Shown piece after piece: positions 1-9,923 of a stretch of DNA of 64,000 nt (the stretch's first letter is position 1; each line of letters opens with the position of its first letter). The stretch comes from an uncultured Gammaproteobacteria bacterium. Its GTDB lineage: Bacteria > Patescibacteriota > Microgenomatia > Levybacterales > UBA12049. A program made the translations under genes and the position numbers. Below the pieces are notes generated by a model. That model was not told the origin of the DNA. It did not search any database and worked only from the letters and a program-made list of their open reading frames with translations. The DNA is taken from contig OZ246394.1 of NCBI GenBank assembly GCA_965230895.1, forward strand, positions 712,627 through 776,626. The letters are read 5' to 3'.

Positions 1-414
1 AGGCATTACAAAAACATATGGGAGTAAGCTCTTCTGAAACGTGTTTTGTGTCAAACCTTTGTAATAACCAGCAACAACATCAACAGTCTTTTCTTTAAAA
101 GGTTTTATTATAGATTTAACCCAATCTTTGTCTAAGATATTACCAGCGTCAGAACAAAGAATTATGTCTCCAGATGCGTCTTTAATTGCAGTATTTCGTC
201 CAACAGATCTATTTCCTTTTTTGACAATAACTTTTACTTTTTTAACTATTTTGGGAAACTGAAATTCTTTAATTAGCGAGACTGTTTCATCAACACTTCC
301 CCCGTCAACAATAATGATTTCATCAGGAAGTTTTGTTTGAGCTGCAAGCGATTGCAAAAAATCTATAATGGTACTCTGCTCATTATAAATAGTTGTAATA
401 AAAGAAATCTTCAT
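1..414 (-). CDS. Glycosyltransferase family 2, partial. The N-terminal part is present and the C-terminus runs off the window start.
   Basis: A manual reverse-complement translation from the ATG at 414..412 gives [45 protein letters not shown]...[16 protein letters not shown]. The N-terminal 'IT.YNE' box and the 'VDGGS.D.T' motif are typical of the GT-A/GT2 fold. This ORF is absent from the supplied ORF track because it is truncated by the window edge. Confidence 0.55.
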   Translation of the reverse strand, partial: MKISFITTIYNEQSTIIDFLQSLAAQTKLPDEIIIVDGGSVDETVSLIKEFQFPKIVKKVKVIVKKGNRSVGRNTAIKDASGDIILCSDAGNILDKDWVKSIIKPFKEKTVDVVAGYYKGLTQNTFQKSLLPYVFVMP

Positions 415-451
415 GTGTATATTATATAATAGTATAGTAAAGCAGATTAAT

Positions 452-991
452 ATGACTAATTCTCGCACACTTTTAAGCCTTTTGGAATGGCTAGGGAATG
501 ATCTCGTAAGTGCGATCCCATCACATACACTAAGAAATTTCTTTTATAGAAATATTGCTGGCATAAAGATTGGCGAAGATAGCACAATTTCTATGCACTG
601 TACATTTTCGACATTCTCAAACATTACAATCAAAAATAATACTGCATTAAGTCAAGGCGTTTTTCTCGATGGACGGGGAACATTAGTTATTGGCAATAAT
701 GTTAATATCGGTAAAAACGTTCACATATATACTGCACAACATGATCCACAATCTCCCACTTTTGATTATATTAAGAAAAAAGTTGAGGTAAAAGATCATG
801 TATGGATTGCAAGTGATGTCATTATTATTCCAGGGGTTACTATTGGTGAAGGAGCAGTTCTTGCAGCTGGGGCCGTCGTAACAAAAGATGTCCAACCATA
901 CACAATCGTGGGTGGTAATCCTGCGAAATTCATAAAGAAAAGAAATAAAAAAATTCGCTACAAAACAAAATGGGCAGCTCTATTCTATTAG
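452..991 (+). CDS. Hexapeptide-repeat (LbH) sugar O-acetyltransferase, WcaF/maltose-acetyltransferase-like. The ORF track starts at 413; the start more likely is the ATG at 452.
   Basis: Repeated [LIV]-G-x-x-x-x hexapeptides are present ([35 protein letters not shown]). The C-terminus reads '[15 protein letters not shown]', typical of the CysE/LacA/WcaF family. It is a paralog of the gene at 49184..49777. Confidence 0.7.
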   Translation: MTNSRTLLSLLEWLGNDLVSAIPSHTLRNFFYRNIAGIKIGEDSTISMHCTFSTFSNITIKNNTALSQGVFLDGRGTLVIGNNVNIGKNVHIYTAQHDPQSPTFDYIKKKVEVKDHVWIASDVIIIPGVTIGEGAVLAAGAVVTKDVQPYTIVGGNPAKFIKKRNKKIRYKTKWAALFY

Positions 992-995
992 TGAT

Positions 996-2078
996 TTGAA
1001 TCAGTTGATGAAAAAAAAGTCTTCATATAATTTTTCAGCAGATATTATTAGAGTGCTTGCAATTAGTGGGGTATTATTCATTCATATTGTTCATCCAGTC
1101 AATAATAATCCAGATCTTTTTGGAAAAATTGTATGGTGGATTGGAATTGCTATTGATGCTTTATCGAGAATTTCAATTCCTTTATTTGTCCTCTTAAGTG
1201 GGTATTTTCTTTTAAATAAAGACGAATCTTTCGCCCAATCATTAAAACGAACCGCTATTCGCATTGGTATTCCGCTTCTTTTTTGGTTGTTATTTTATAC
1301 TTGGTGGTATAGTCGACCATTAACTTTACCCTACTTTGATAGCTCTCTCATAACAAACTTATTTATTGTAAATGTATTTCATTTCTACTTCCTTATCATC
1401 ATGCTCGGACTTTACACTGTAGCGCCATTAATACGTTCTTACCTTCGTGCCACGACAAAAATAGAACACAAAAAGCTAATGATTCTATTGTTGAGTATTG
1501 GAGTCGTTGAAGTTATTGGGCAATATATATTGCAACGGTGTGCGATGGATAATATTTTTACATATTGGATACCTTATTCAGGACTTTTTGTTGCAGGATT
1601 CGTCCTAGGAAATGCAGCCAAATCAATAAATGCTACCAAACCACTGTTAATCACTTATTTTGTAGGATTAATAGCAACGATTATATTCAGCTACTTACAT
1701 TATCTTTGGAAGATTCAAGATATTAATTTCCTTGGGTCTGAGGGATGTATTGCATACTATTCGGACTATTATATGAGCATCCCAGTTCTTCTTATGGCAT
1801 TACCGGCTTTTGTACTTTTACTTCGTTCTAAATATCTTTTCTTAAATAAAAAGTATTTTACCACCAGCATTCGCTCATTATCAAAAGCAGTCTTTGGAAT
1901 CTATCTTAGTCACTTGTTTATCCTAAATATTCTCAATTATTATCTCTTCAGTTATCTTCCTCTCAATCTGTTTTTCGTAATAATGAAATGGATAGTAATT
2001 CTATTTCTTTCGTATCTATTCACCTTTATATGCATGAAGATTCCATTTATAAATCGTGTATTTGGAGCAAGAGATTAG
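996..2078 (+). CDS. Integral membrane acyltransferase (acyltransferase family 3 / OafA-like), about 10 TM helices
   Basis: The N-terminus reads 'ADIIRVLAISGVLFIHI', matching the acyltransferase_3 signature (R..AI..V...H). The protein is highly hydrophobic throughout. It starts 4 nt after the LbH gene, so the two are likely cotranscribed. Confidence 0.5.
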   Translation: MNQLMKKKSSYNFSADIIRVLAISGVLFIHIVHPVNNNPDLFGKIVWWIGIAIDALSRISIPLFVLLSGYFLLNKDESFAQSLKRTAIRIGIPLLFWLLFYTWWYSRPLTLPYFDSSLITNLFIVNVFHFYFLIIMLGLYTVAPLIRSYLRATTKIEHKKLMILLLSIGVVEVIGQYILQRCAMDNIFTYWIPYSGLFVAGFVLGNAAKSINATKPLLITYFVGLIATIIFSYLHYLWKIQDINFLGSEGCIAYYSDYYMSIPVLLMALPAFVLLLRSKYLFLNKKYFTTSIRSLSKAVFGIYLSHLFILNILNYYLFSYLPLNLFFVIMKWIVILFLSYLFTFICMKIPFINRVFGARD

Positions 2079-2105
2079 TCTTTAAGGTAGCAGAAGGTAA
2101 GTTGG

Positions 2106-2864
2106 TTATTCCTTTTCAGCTTTTGCTTGTTCGTAGCGGAGGCCGCCCATTTCATATGCGCTATTTGGCTTCTTTACTCCCCCTTTGATAAGCGTATAGA
2201 GCGTGTAATAGACATAATCAAATGTAATCTTCCAAGTCCCTTCAACTTCAAAACGGCGCATTGAGAAATAACATCCAACATTATAAATAAGTGTTGGAGA
2301 AATACCATGCTTATGCGCCTTCATAATCAAATTATGATCCTCGCCAATAATAATTGCCTCATCAAAGCCACCAATCTTTTCAAATAACTTCTTCTGGATA
2401 ACAATATGTGGGCCTGTTGATATAGGATATCCGATCGATTTCATCACACGGACAAAAGAAATACTACAAAAAAATAAAGCTCGATGAAGAGGAGAAGATG
2501 TGCTTGGTCGGACAAAGGGAAGATACAGCTCTCTATAATCTTTTTCGATTCTTTTTAAGATCTTTTCCATAACGTCTTTATCAAGCCGCGTGTCTGCATC
2601 AAGGAAAAAGATATATTCGCTCTCAACATATTTTGCACCAACATTCCGTTGAAGAGCAGCGCCTTTGGCTGAAGACTCAATAAATTGAAGGGATAACTTT
2701 TTCTTAAATGATTCAGCAGCTTTTTTCGTATTATCCTGTGATTTTGCATCAATGATAACGACTTCAAAATTTTTCTCAGTTTGGTCTACGAGGTCTTGGA
2801 GCAAGAGGGGCAAATAGTGTTCTTCATTCAACGTAGGAATGACGATGGTGATTTTCGCACGCAT
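2106..2864 (-). CDS. Glycosyltransferase family 2
   Basis: ITIVIPTLNEE...VVIIDAKSQDNT...FFLDADTRL. These are the N-terminal GT2 motifs, including the DxD box. Confidence 0.7.
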   Translation of the reverse strand: MRAKITIVIPTLNEEHYLPLLLQDLVDQTEKNFEVVIIDAKSQDNTKKAAESFKKKLSLQFIESSAKGAALQRNVGAKYVESEYIFFLDADTRLDKDVMEKILKRIEKDYRELYLPFVRPSTSSPLHRALFFCSISFVRVMKSIGYPISTGPHIVIQKKLFEKIGGFDEAIIIGEDHNLIMKAHKHGISPTLIYNVGCYFSMRRFEVEGTWKITFDYVYYTLYTLIKGGVKKPNSAYEMGGLRYEQAKAEKE

Positions 2865-2908
2865 AAAAGTATTGTAGTTTATACGTTCTCATTGTACAAT
2901 AGCATAAT

Positions 2909-3691
2909 ATGGGCCAAGATGCCTTAAAAATATCTGTCGTAATCCCCGTCTATAACGAGGAAAAATACATCGGAAAATGTTTGGAAAGTCTTATGAAACA
3001 AACAGTCCCGGCAGATGAAATTATTGTCGTAAACAATAACTCCACAGACAATAGCGTCAAAATTGCGAAACAATACCCGGTACGAATCGTCAATGAAAAA
3101 AAGCAAGGCATGACCCCTGCTCGAAACCGCGGTTTTAATGAAGCAAAATACGATATTATTGTCCGCACAGATGGCGATACAATACTTCCTCCGAATTGGA
3201 TCAAGCGAATTAAACGAAGCTTCGCAGATGAAAAATTAGTAGCGCTCGCTGGTCCAGGTGAATTCTATGATCTGCCAAAGCTTTTTGATAATTCACGATG
3301 GCAAACAAAAGCTGAATGGGTCAAACTTATCGTAGGCTACAATAAAATTGTTAAGCAATTGATAAAACATGATTGCCTCTATGGACCTAACTATGCACTT
3401 CGACGAAGTGCCTGGGAGCAAATTAAAAATACTGTTTGCCTTGATGACAAACAAGTACATGAAGATTTGGACTTAGCAATCCATATCGCGCCACTCGGTA
3501 AAATTAAGTTTTACAGGAATCTTATTGTGAAGACTTCAGTACGTCGTTGGAAAAAGCCAGAAGCATATGTAGAATACCTCTACAGAGGCCTGAAATCCAT
3601 TCAGAAGCACCAACTGAATAGTACACGACAAAGAAGTACGCAACTTGTTAAAAAGATTGTTTCGAAAGCATTTCTCCTTAATCGACTCTAA
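2909..3691 (+). CDS. Glycosyltransferase family 2
   Basis: ISVVIPVYNEEKYIGKCLESLMKQT...IIVVNNNSTDNS...RTDGDTIL. Canonical GT2 motifs. Confidence 0.7.
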   Translation: MGQDALKISVVIPVYNEEKYIGKCLESLMKQTVPADEIIVVNNNSTDNSVKIAKQYPVRIVNEKKQGMTPARNRGFNEAKYDIIVRTDGDTILPPNWIKRIKRSFADEKLVALAGPGEFYDLPKLFDNSRWQTKAEWVKLIVGYNKIVKQLIKHDCLYGPNYALRRSAWEQIKNTVCLDDKQVHEDLDLAIHIAPLGKIKFYRNLIVKTSVRRWKKPEAYVEYLYRGLKSIQKHQLNSTRQRSTQLVKKIVSKAFLLNRL

Positions 3692-3698
3692 CGTTGCG

Positions 3699-3732
3699 TT
3701 GACAAATGTTTTTTACCTGAGATAATTAAAGT
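3699..3732 (+). promoter_or_regulatory. Sigma70-like promoter TTGACA-16 nt-GATAAT. The -10 hexamer ends 6 nt before the lepB ATG, so this is a candidate leaderless transcript.
   Basis: TTGACA lies at 3699-3704 and GATAAT at 3721-3726, with the ATG at 3733. No Shine-Dalgarno sequence sits between them. Confidence 0.35.
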
Positions 3733-4308
3733 ATGAATACCGAAGTGTTTAAAAAAGCTTATTTCTTTACTCTTGATCTACTTCAGACCATCCTCCTTGC
3801 TGCATCGATTTTCTTGGTTATCTATATCTTCTTCTTCCGTCCGTTTCAAGTAAGTGGTGAATCAATGTATCCTACATTTAAAAATAAAGAATATATTTTG
3901 ACAAATCTTATCACCCTGAAACTTGGCCATCCTGTAAAAGGTGATGTTATCGTGTTTAAAGCACCTACAGATCAAGACAAGGACTTTATTAAGCGTGTTA
4001 TCGGGACAGCTGGAGATAGTGTATCTGTCCAAGAAGGTTTCGTTTATGTAAATGGAAAGAAGCTTAATGAATCAGAATACCTTGATAGCGAAGTCAGAAC
4101 ATATGGAGGAAGCTTCTTGAAAGACGGTGAATCTGTCACAGTTCCGCAAGGTGAATATATCGTCATGGGTGATAATCGTCCATTCAGTTCAGATTCGCGT
4201 GAATGGGGCTTTCTAAAAGAGAAAGATATTATCGGAAAGTCATTCTTTGTCTATTGGCCAGTAAATACAATGAGACTCATTACAAACCCCTACCCTGCAG
4301 CAAAATAA
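3733..4308 (+). CDS. lepB: Signal peptidase I
   Basis: It has an N-terminal TM helix. The catalytic Ser box is 'GESMYPTF', box D is 'KRVIGTAGD', and box E is 'VMGDNRPFSSDSREWGF'. Confidence 0.8.
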   Translation: MNTEVFKKAYFFTLDLLQTILLAASIFLVIYIFFFRPFQVSGESMYPTFKNKEYILTNLITLKLGHPVKGDVIVFKAPTDQDKDFIKRVIGTAGDSVSVQEGFVYVNGKKLNESEYLDSEVRTYGGSFLKDGESVTVPQGEYIVMGDNRPFSSDSREWGFLKEKDIIGKSFFVYWPVNTMRLITNPYPAAK

Positions 4309-4392
4309 TTTATCTTCATTAAGCCATTATATGTGAGGTCATGGACAAGTTCTCCCTTACAAGGACTTAGGATAACAAGAGAAGAATTTTAA

Positions 4393-5214
4393 TTACTTCG
4401 TAAGGATTTCGTGGATTTGCTTTAGCTTCTCTGAAGTAACTTCAGGTGAACCTTTAATAACCAATGTTACTCTCGCCAATTTACTTGATTGGAAGATTTG
4501 GACTTTATCATAATCAAATTTCTCTTCGATTTCTTTCGCCATTTGGTCTTGCTCTGGAACCCAAAGCTGATCTTTTGGTTGTGCAACTTCTTTCTTTTGT
4601 GTTTCACCCTTTACTTTACGAGCAAGTTCTTCTGTTTGTCGTACAGTGTAGTTATCGCGAAGAATTGTCTTAAAGACATCCAACATCAACTTTGGATCTC
4701 CAAGTGACAATAACGGACGCACATGACCTTCTGTGATAACTCCAGCAACCAATGCATCTTTGATAGCATCAGGCAATGAGAGCAAACGAATTGTATTTGA
4801 TACAGCTGGTACACTCTTACCAACTCGCTTTGCAACTTCAGTTGTCCCCAAACCGAATTCATCAATTAACCTTCGATACGCTAACGCCTTCTCGATAGGA
4901 TTAAGGTCCTCACGCTGAACGTTTTCAACGATAGACATTTCAAGCATTCTTTGAGGAGTAGTTTCTTTAACAACAACTGGAACTTTGACAAGTCCAAGAA
5001 TCTTTGCAGCTCTCCATCGACGCTCTCCTGCAATGATTTGATATCCTGCAGGGGTTTTTGCAACGACGATAGGTTCGAGAATTCCTTGTTCACGGATTGA
5101 TTCGACTAAGTCTGTGAGTGAGTCAGGGGTGATAACGCCACGAGGCTGCAGTGGGTTAGATTGCAGATGATTAGTTTCTAATTCGTATAATCGATCTCCA
5201 GATTGGTTATCCAT
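4393..5214 (-). CDS. parB: ParB/Spo0J-like chromosome partitioning protein
   Basis: The ParB box 'GILEPIVV...[13 protein letters not shown]' is present. A helix-turn-helix reads '[22 protein letters not shown]'. Confidence 0.75.
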   Translation of the reverse strand: MDNQSGDRLYELETNHLQSNPLQPRGVITPDSLTDLVESIREQGILEPIVVAKTPAGYQIIAGERRWRAAKILGLVKVPVVVKETTPQRMLEMSIVENVQREDLNPIEKALAYRRLIDEFGLGTTEVAKRVGKSVPAVSNTIRLLSLPDAIKDALVAGVITEGHVRPLLSLGDPKLMLDVFKTILRDNYTVRQTEELARKVKGETQKKEVAQPKDQLWVPEQDQMAKEIEEKFDYDKVQIFQSSKLARVTLVIKGSPEVTSEKLKQIHEILTK

Positions 5215-5458
5215 GGATTACCTCTACATATTTTTTGCCTTTAAGTGTTTTGAAGTGGACAGTTCCCTCTTCAACTGCAAATAATGTAAAGTCACGTCCC
5301 ATGGAGACACCATCTCCTGCATTGAACTTTGTACCAACCTGACGAACGATGATACTTCCTGGTGTAGCTTTTGATCCACCATAGATCTTAACACCACGTC
5401 GCTTTGGTCGTGAGTCTCTATTTCCTTTTACTGATCCTTGTGCTTTTGTATGTGCCAT
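5207..5458 (-). CDS. rpmA: 50S ribosomal protein L27
   Basis: [28 protein letters not shown]...FTLFA. This is the canonical L27 sequence. Confidence 0.9.
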   Translation of the reverse strand: MAHTKAQGSVKGNRDSRPKRRGVKIYGGSKATPGSIIVRQVGTKFNAGDGVSMGRDFTLFAVEEGTVHFKTLKGKKYVEVIHG

Positions 5459-5515
5459 AGTCTTTTATGTGAAAACTTGAGTTAATAGTACGGCAAGTTT
5501 TCGATCCTGTCAAGC

Positions 5516-5851
5516 TTATTCAGCTTTCTTTGCGCCTTTACTCTTGAATCCAGTTACCTGAACCTTTGTAAGTTGTGCTCGAAAACCAATTGTCTTTCGG
5601 TATTTTGCTTTTGCTTTGAACTTAGAAACTCGGATCTTTTCACCTTGAGACTGTTCCAAAACCTTAGTTGTAACAGTTACATTTTCAAGATACGGAGTTC
5701 CAAGACTGATTGCATCACCATCTACTGACATAAGTACCTGATTCAAAACATATTCTGAACCTGGTTCTGCTTGTACTCTATCGAGTTCGAGGACTTGTCC
5801 TTCGGTTACTTTATATTGCTTTCCGCCGTTGGCTATAATTGCGTATTTCAT
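5516..5851 (-). CDS. rplU: 50S ribosomal protein L21
   Basis: MKYAIIANGGKQYKVTEGQVLELDRV is the canonical L21 start. The gene sits directly upstream of rpmA. Confidence 0.9.
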   Translation of the reverse strand: MKYAIIANGGKQYKVTEGQVLELDRVQAEPGSEYVLNQVLMSVDGDAISLGTPYLENVTVTTKVLEQSQGEKIRVSKFKAKAKYRKTIGFRAQLTKVQVTGFKSKGAKKAE

Positions 5852-5901
5852 ACTACGAGGAAGATTATATCAAACTCAACGCGCTTGGGCAAGAAGCAGC
5901 C

Positions 5902-7002
5902 TTACTTTATCTCAAGGATGTGTTTATGCTTTGCCGATGTACTCATGGATGAAAGGAGACCAAGAAAGATAAAGTTGGACAAAAGTGAGCTTCCACCAAA
6001 TGAAACAAAAGGCAATGTCACTCCCACAATAGGCACGATTCCGATGTTCATCCCTATATTTACAAATGCAGGAATCAGCACAATACCAAATGTACAGGCA
6101 GCAAATACCCGGATGAAAGCGTCATTTGTTCGTGAATAAATAAGATAAATGCGATAGCAAAGAAACATTATTGTTACGATAATAATGAGCGCACCAAAGA
6201 AACCTAACCCTTCAGCTATCGTTGCGAAGATAAAATCAGTTTGACGTTCTGGGAGGAAGCGGAGACCTGATTGCGTTCCCTCTGATAATCCTTTTCCCAT
6301 AAAGTGTCCCGAACCAACAGCAATCATAGCTTGAATTGTATTGTATGATATGCCCAAAGGATCTGATTGCGGATTGATAAACGTTAAAATACGCTCTCTT
6401 TGATAATCATGCATGCGCATCCAAATAAATGGCGACATAATGACAAACGGCGCTATCAATGCAGCGAACCAACGGAACGGATATCCACAGATGACAAGAG
6501 CAAACATCGCTGTACTCCCATAAAGTATCGCACTTCCTAAATCAGGCTGTAATTCAACCAAAAGAAATACTGGCGCAATTAAAGCAATTGTCTTAAAGAA
6601 AGTCTTTATATTGGGCGCCTTCTGATCTGCTACCCATGAAGCAAAGGCAATTGCGAGGAATGGCTTAAGAATTTCAGAAAATTGTAGTCTGATGCCAAAA
6701 ACCTCTACCCACCTTGTTGCACCCCGACTTTCGTATCCAATTGCCAAAGTTATACATAAAATAACAATTGAAATGATATAGATCGGCAAACGAAACTTTT
6801 GGATAAAATGTGTACTTGCTTGCGAGAAAAAAAGAAATGCAGCAAGTGCAATGACAAGAGATGCTAACTGGCTCTTGAAAAAGGCTGGATTAAGGGAGAG
6901 GAGTGTCACAAGACTTAATGAAACAAGGATAATCACCGGGATCATTAATTGATAATCTATTCGGAACTTCGCTTTGGCCTTCATTGGGGATATTATATAC
7001 AA
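5902..7002 (-). CDS. SEDS-family peptidoglycan glycosyltransferase (RodA/FtsW family). It lies outside the dcw cluster, so it is possibly the elongation-type paralog.
   Basis: The motifs 'PERQTDFIFATIAEGLGFFGA' and 'GIVPIVGVTLPFVSFGGSSL' are SEDS signatures. About 10 TM helices. Confidence 0.7.
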   Translation of the reverse strand: MYIISPMKAKAKFRIDYQLMIPVIILVSLSLVTLLSLNPAFFKSQLASLVIALAAFLFFSQASTHFIQKFRLPIYIISIVILCITLAIGYESRGATRWVEVFGIRLQFSEILKPFLAIAFASWVADQKAPNIKTFFKTIALIAPVFLLVELQPDLGSAILYGSTAMFALVICGYPFRWFAALIAPFVIMSPFIWMRMHDYQRERILTFINPQSDPLGISYNTIQAMIAVGSGHFMGKGLSEGTQSGLRFLPERQTDFIFATIAEGLGFFGALIIIVTIMFLCYRIYLIYSRTNDAFIRVFAACTFGIVLIPAFVNIGMNIGIVPIVGVTLPFVSFGGSSLLSNFIFLGLLSSMSTSAKHKHILEIK

Positions 7003-7038
7003 ACGGAACAGTCATTGCGAGGAATGAAAAACGAAAGA

Positions 7039-9858
7039 TTACTCGCGACTTTTAACCGAGAATTCTCCTTCAGAAATAGAGTCAACCAATGCATTCTTCT
7101 TGATGTACTCTTCAAAATCCTTTGGCCAAGATTCCATCGTAACTTCTACCTTTTCATCTAGCTTTGTTCCAAGCTTTTTTCGCTCTTCCTGAATCTTTCG
7201 GACAATTTCACGCGCGTGACCTTCAGCAACAAGTGATTCGGTCAAGCTTGTATCGAGCTCAACACTCATCTCCCCGGATTTGGCATCGTGGAATGAAACT
7301 TCCTTTATATTTAATTCATCAAGAATAAGTTGATATAACGATGCATCAACCTTATCTTCAGAATGAACCTGAATTGATGCCAAAGGCTGTTTCACTTTAA
7401 TCTGTTTTTCTTTTCGCTGAGCCAATCCCATCTCAACCACTTTTCGGACAACTTTCATCTGGTCAAGAAGACCTTGATTTATTGAACCAAAACTTTTCGG
7501 CCAATCAGTCAAATGCACTGACTCTTCATCAGTTAAATTGCGGTACATTTCTTCCGAAACAAATGGAACGATAGGCGCAAGAAGCTGTGTCAATGTGACC
7601 AAGACATAATGCGTAGTTTCATAGAATGCCTTCTTATCTTTTTCATCTTCAGCACTTGGACCAACTCTGTCACGACTTCGGCGGATGTACCATGTTGAAA
7701 GATCAGTGATGAACAGCTTTAGTGCATCAATTGCGCCAACAGTATCGTAATTGTCCAAACTCTTTGTAACATCGACTTTTAATTGTTCAAGTAAATTAAG
7801 TATCCATTCATCCAAAACATTCTCACTTCTCACTTCTAACTTCTCACTTCCGTCAGGTTTCCAACCATCCAAATTCGCATAGGTAATAAAGAAGTTGTAC
7901 GTATTCCAAAGAATAAGCATCGTTGTTCTAAGCTGCAATTTGTATTGTTCTTCTGAGATTAAGATATCTTCTCCACTCATAACTGGAGTACCTAGAAGAT
8001 ATAATCGAAGCGCATCACCACCATATTTCTCAAGCATTTCTGCTGGATCTGGGTAATTCTTGAAGTTTTTACTCATCTTTCGACCATCGGTTCCTAAGAT
8101 AACTCCAGTTACACTGACATTCTTAAATGCTTGCTGTTTATATAATGCTGCTCCAATCACATGCAAAACGTAGAACCATGAACGGATTTGGCCTGTATAT
8201 TCTGAAATATAATCTGGCGGGAAGAAGTCTTCAACCTTTTCGGATGAATCAAATGGAAAATGTCTTTCAGCAAATGATGCGGAACCAGCTTCGATCCAAC
8301 TATCCAGCACCTCAGGGACGCGATGTGCTTTTTTACCGCATTCTTTACATGTTACGGTGACTTCGTCAATTTCTGGTCGATGAAGTTCTGTTACTTTTTG
8401 TCCAGATGCTTTTTCAAGATCAGCAACAGACCCAGGGACATATCGTTCGCCGCATTCACATTCCCAAACCGGAACTGGACTTCCCCAATATCGGTTTCGA
8501 GAGATATTCCAATCAGGTGCGTTTTCAACACTCTTTTGGAATCGACCTTTTTTGAAATGTTTTGGATACCAATGTACTTTCTCATTGGTTTCAAGAAGCA
8601 ATGGCTTGAGGTCTTGAACATTTACATACCATGCATTGATCGGTGCGTAATACAAACGTGTATGACATCGCCAACACAATGGGACTCTGTGCATATAATC
8701 TTTGTTTGAGTAGATTAAACCTCGTTCTTCTAAATCAGCATTCACTGCTTTATTTGCTTTAAGGTAATACATACCACCAAACTTTGGCACATCAGGTTTA
8801 ACTGTCCCTTCGTCATCAAGATGGGTTTCGATATAGACACCTTGCTCTTGCATCACTTTCAAATCTTCTTCTCCGTATGCAGCGATTGTAACGATACCAG
8901 TACCTTCATCCGCTGTGACAAAATCTCCACCAATGATTTCAAAGACTTTTCCAGTTGCACGCTCTCGATAATAATCATAATGAGGAGTGAATTTCTTTCC
9001 AATCAAATCTTTCCCTTTGTAGTGCTCAACAATTTCAAATTTTGGTTCTTCATGAAGCATCTTGAGTGTTGTTTCAGCGAGGATATAAAATTCGTCGCCT
9101 TGCTTCACTTTGACATAGGTTAACTTTGGATTAAGCGCAAGTACTGGTGTATTTATCTTGTTCCATGGAGTTGTAGACCAAGCAAGGAAATACGTATTTT
9201 CTTCACCTTCGACTGGATATTTATACGTGGTTGCTGGGTCAACTAATTCTTTGTAGTTTTCAGCATCCATTGCAACTTCGAAGTTCGAAATAGGTGTTGA
9301 GCAATGTGGGCAATACAAATTAACTTTGTATCCTTTGTATATATGGCCTTTGTCATACATTTGTTTGAAGACCCACATGACTGATTCCATGTAATCGGTT
9401 TCCCATGTTCTGTATGCGTTTTTGAAATCGACCCATCGACCGATTCGGTCCACGTACCATTCCCAATCAGAAGAAACGACATTCACATAGGATTTGCATG
9501 CATCGATAAACTTTTTGATACCGACAATTTCTTCAATATCTTTTTTACGTGATATTTCTAATTCATTCTCAACTTTGTTTTCGATAGGTAGACCATGACC
9601 ATCCCATCCCCAAACGCGTCGGACTCTATAGCCTTTCATCGTCCAGTAGCGACCGAAAACATCTTTTGGCAAACTTGAAAGCAATGATCCATAATGTGGC
9701 ATACCCGTCACAAATGGCGGACCATCAAGGAAAGTCCATCGTTTATCTTCTGGACGTGAGGTTATACTTTTTTCAAAGATTCTATTTTCTTTCCAATATT
9801 GATTAATCTTATTCTCTAATTCTGGAAAGTTAACTTTTGGAGAAACTGGTTTCAACAT
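7039..9858 (-). CDS. ileS: Isoleucyl-tRNA synthetase (class I, type-2/eukaryote-like architecture)
   Basis: A degenerate HIGH region 'GMPHYGS', the downstream 'WGWDGHGLPIE', the KMSKS motif 'KMSKNFKNYPDP', and the 939 aa length all fit. The opening 'YWKENRIFEKS' resembles IleS N-termini. Confidence 0.65.
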   Translation of the reverse strand: MLKPVSPKVNFPELENKINQYWKENRIFEKSITSRPEDKRWTFLDGPPFVTGMPHYGSLLSSLPKDVFGRYWTMKGYRVRRVWGWDGHGLPIENKVENELEISRKKDIEEIVGIKKFIDACKSYVNVVSSDWEWYVDRIGRWVDFKNAYRTWETDYMESVMWVFKQMYDKGHIYKGYKVNLYCPHCSTPISNFEVAMDAENYKELVDPATTYKYPVEGEENTYFLAWSTTPWNKINTPVLALNPKLTYVKVKQGDEFYILAETTLKMLHEEPKFEIVEHYKGKDLIGKKFTPHYDYYRERATGKVFEIIGGDFVTADEGTGIVTIAAYGEEDLKVMQEQGVYIETHLDDEGTVKPDVPKFGGMYYLKANKAVNADLEERGLIYSNKDYMHRVPLCWRCHTRLYYAPINAWYVNVQDLKPLLLETNEKVHWYPKHFKKGRFQKSVENAPDWNISRNRYWGSPVPVWECECGERYVPGSVADLEKASGQKVTELHRPEIDEVTVTCKECGKKAHRVPEVLDSWIEAGSASFAERHFPFDSSEKVEDFFPPDYISEYTGQIRSWFYVLHVIGAALYKQQAFKNVSVTGVILGTDGRKMSKNFKNYPDPAEMLEKYGGDALRLYLLGTPVMSGEDILISEEQYKLQLRTTMLILWNTYNFFITYANLDGWKPDGSEKLEVRSENVLDEWILNLLEQLKVDVTKSLDNYDTVGAIDALKLFITDLSTWYIRRSRDRVGPSAEDEKDKKAFYETTHYVLVTLTQLLAPIVPFVSEEMYRNLTDEESVHLTDWPKSFGSINQGLLDQMKVVRKVVEMGLAQRKEKQIKVKQPLASIQVHSEDKVDASLYQLILDELNIKEVSFHDAKSGEMSVELDTSLTESLVAEGHAREIVRKIQEERKKLGTKLDEKVEVTMESWPKDFEEYIKKNALVDSISEGEFSVKSRE

Positions 9859-9923
9859 GAATACAATTGTACTTCAAACCTGAGCCTATTTCAAGAATGA
9901 CATGCTGAATCTTTTAAAGAGGA

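Noticed and set aside
683-895. 70 aa minus-strand ORF inside the LbH acetyltransferase gene. Many similar 60-130 aa antisense or overlapping ORFs appear in the track (for example 2555..2767, 4464..4707, 8127..8709, 13415..14096, 15306..15869, 22284..22772, 40326..40697, 52952..53206).
   Set aside because: Each lies entirely inside a longer ORF with strong family motifs on the other strand or frame. None has recognisable motifs. These are typical shadow ORFs.
4309-4392. A possible Rho-independent terminator after lepB (GGACAAG...CTTACAAGGA)
   Set aside because: The putative stem is imperfect (3 of 7 pairs fail) and no T-run follows.
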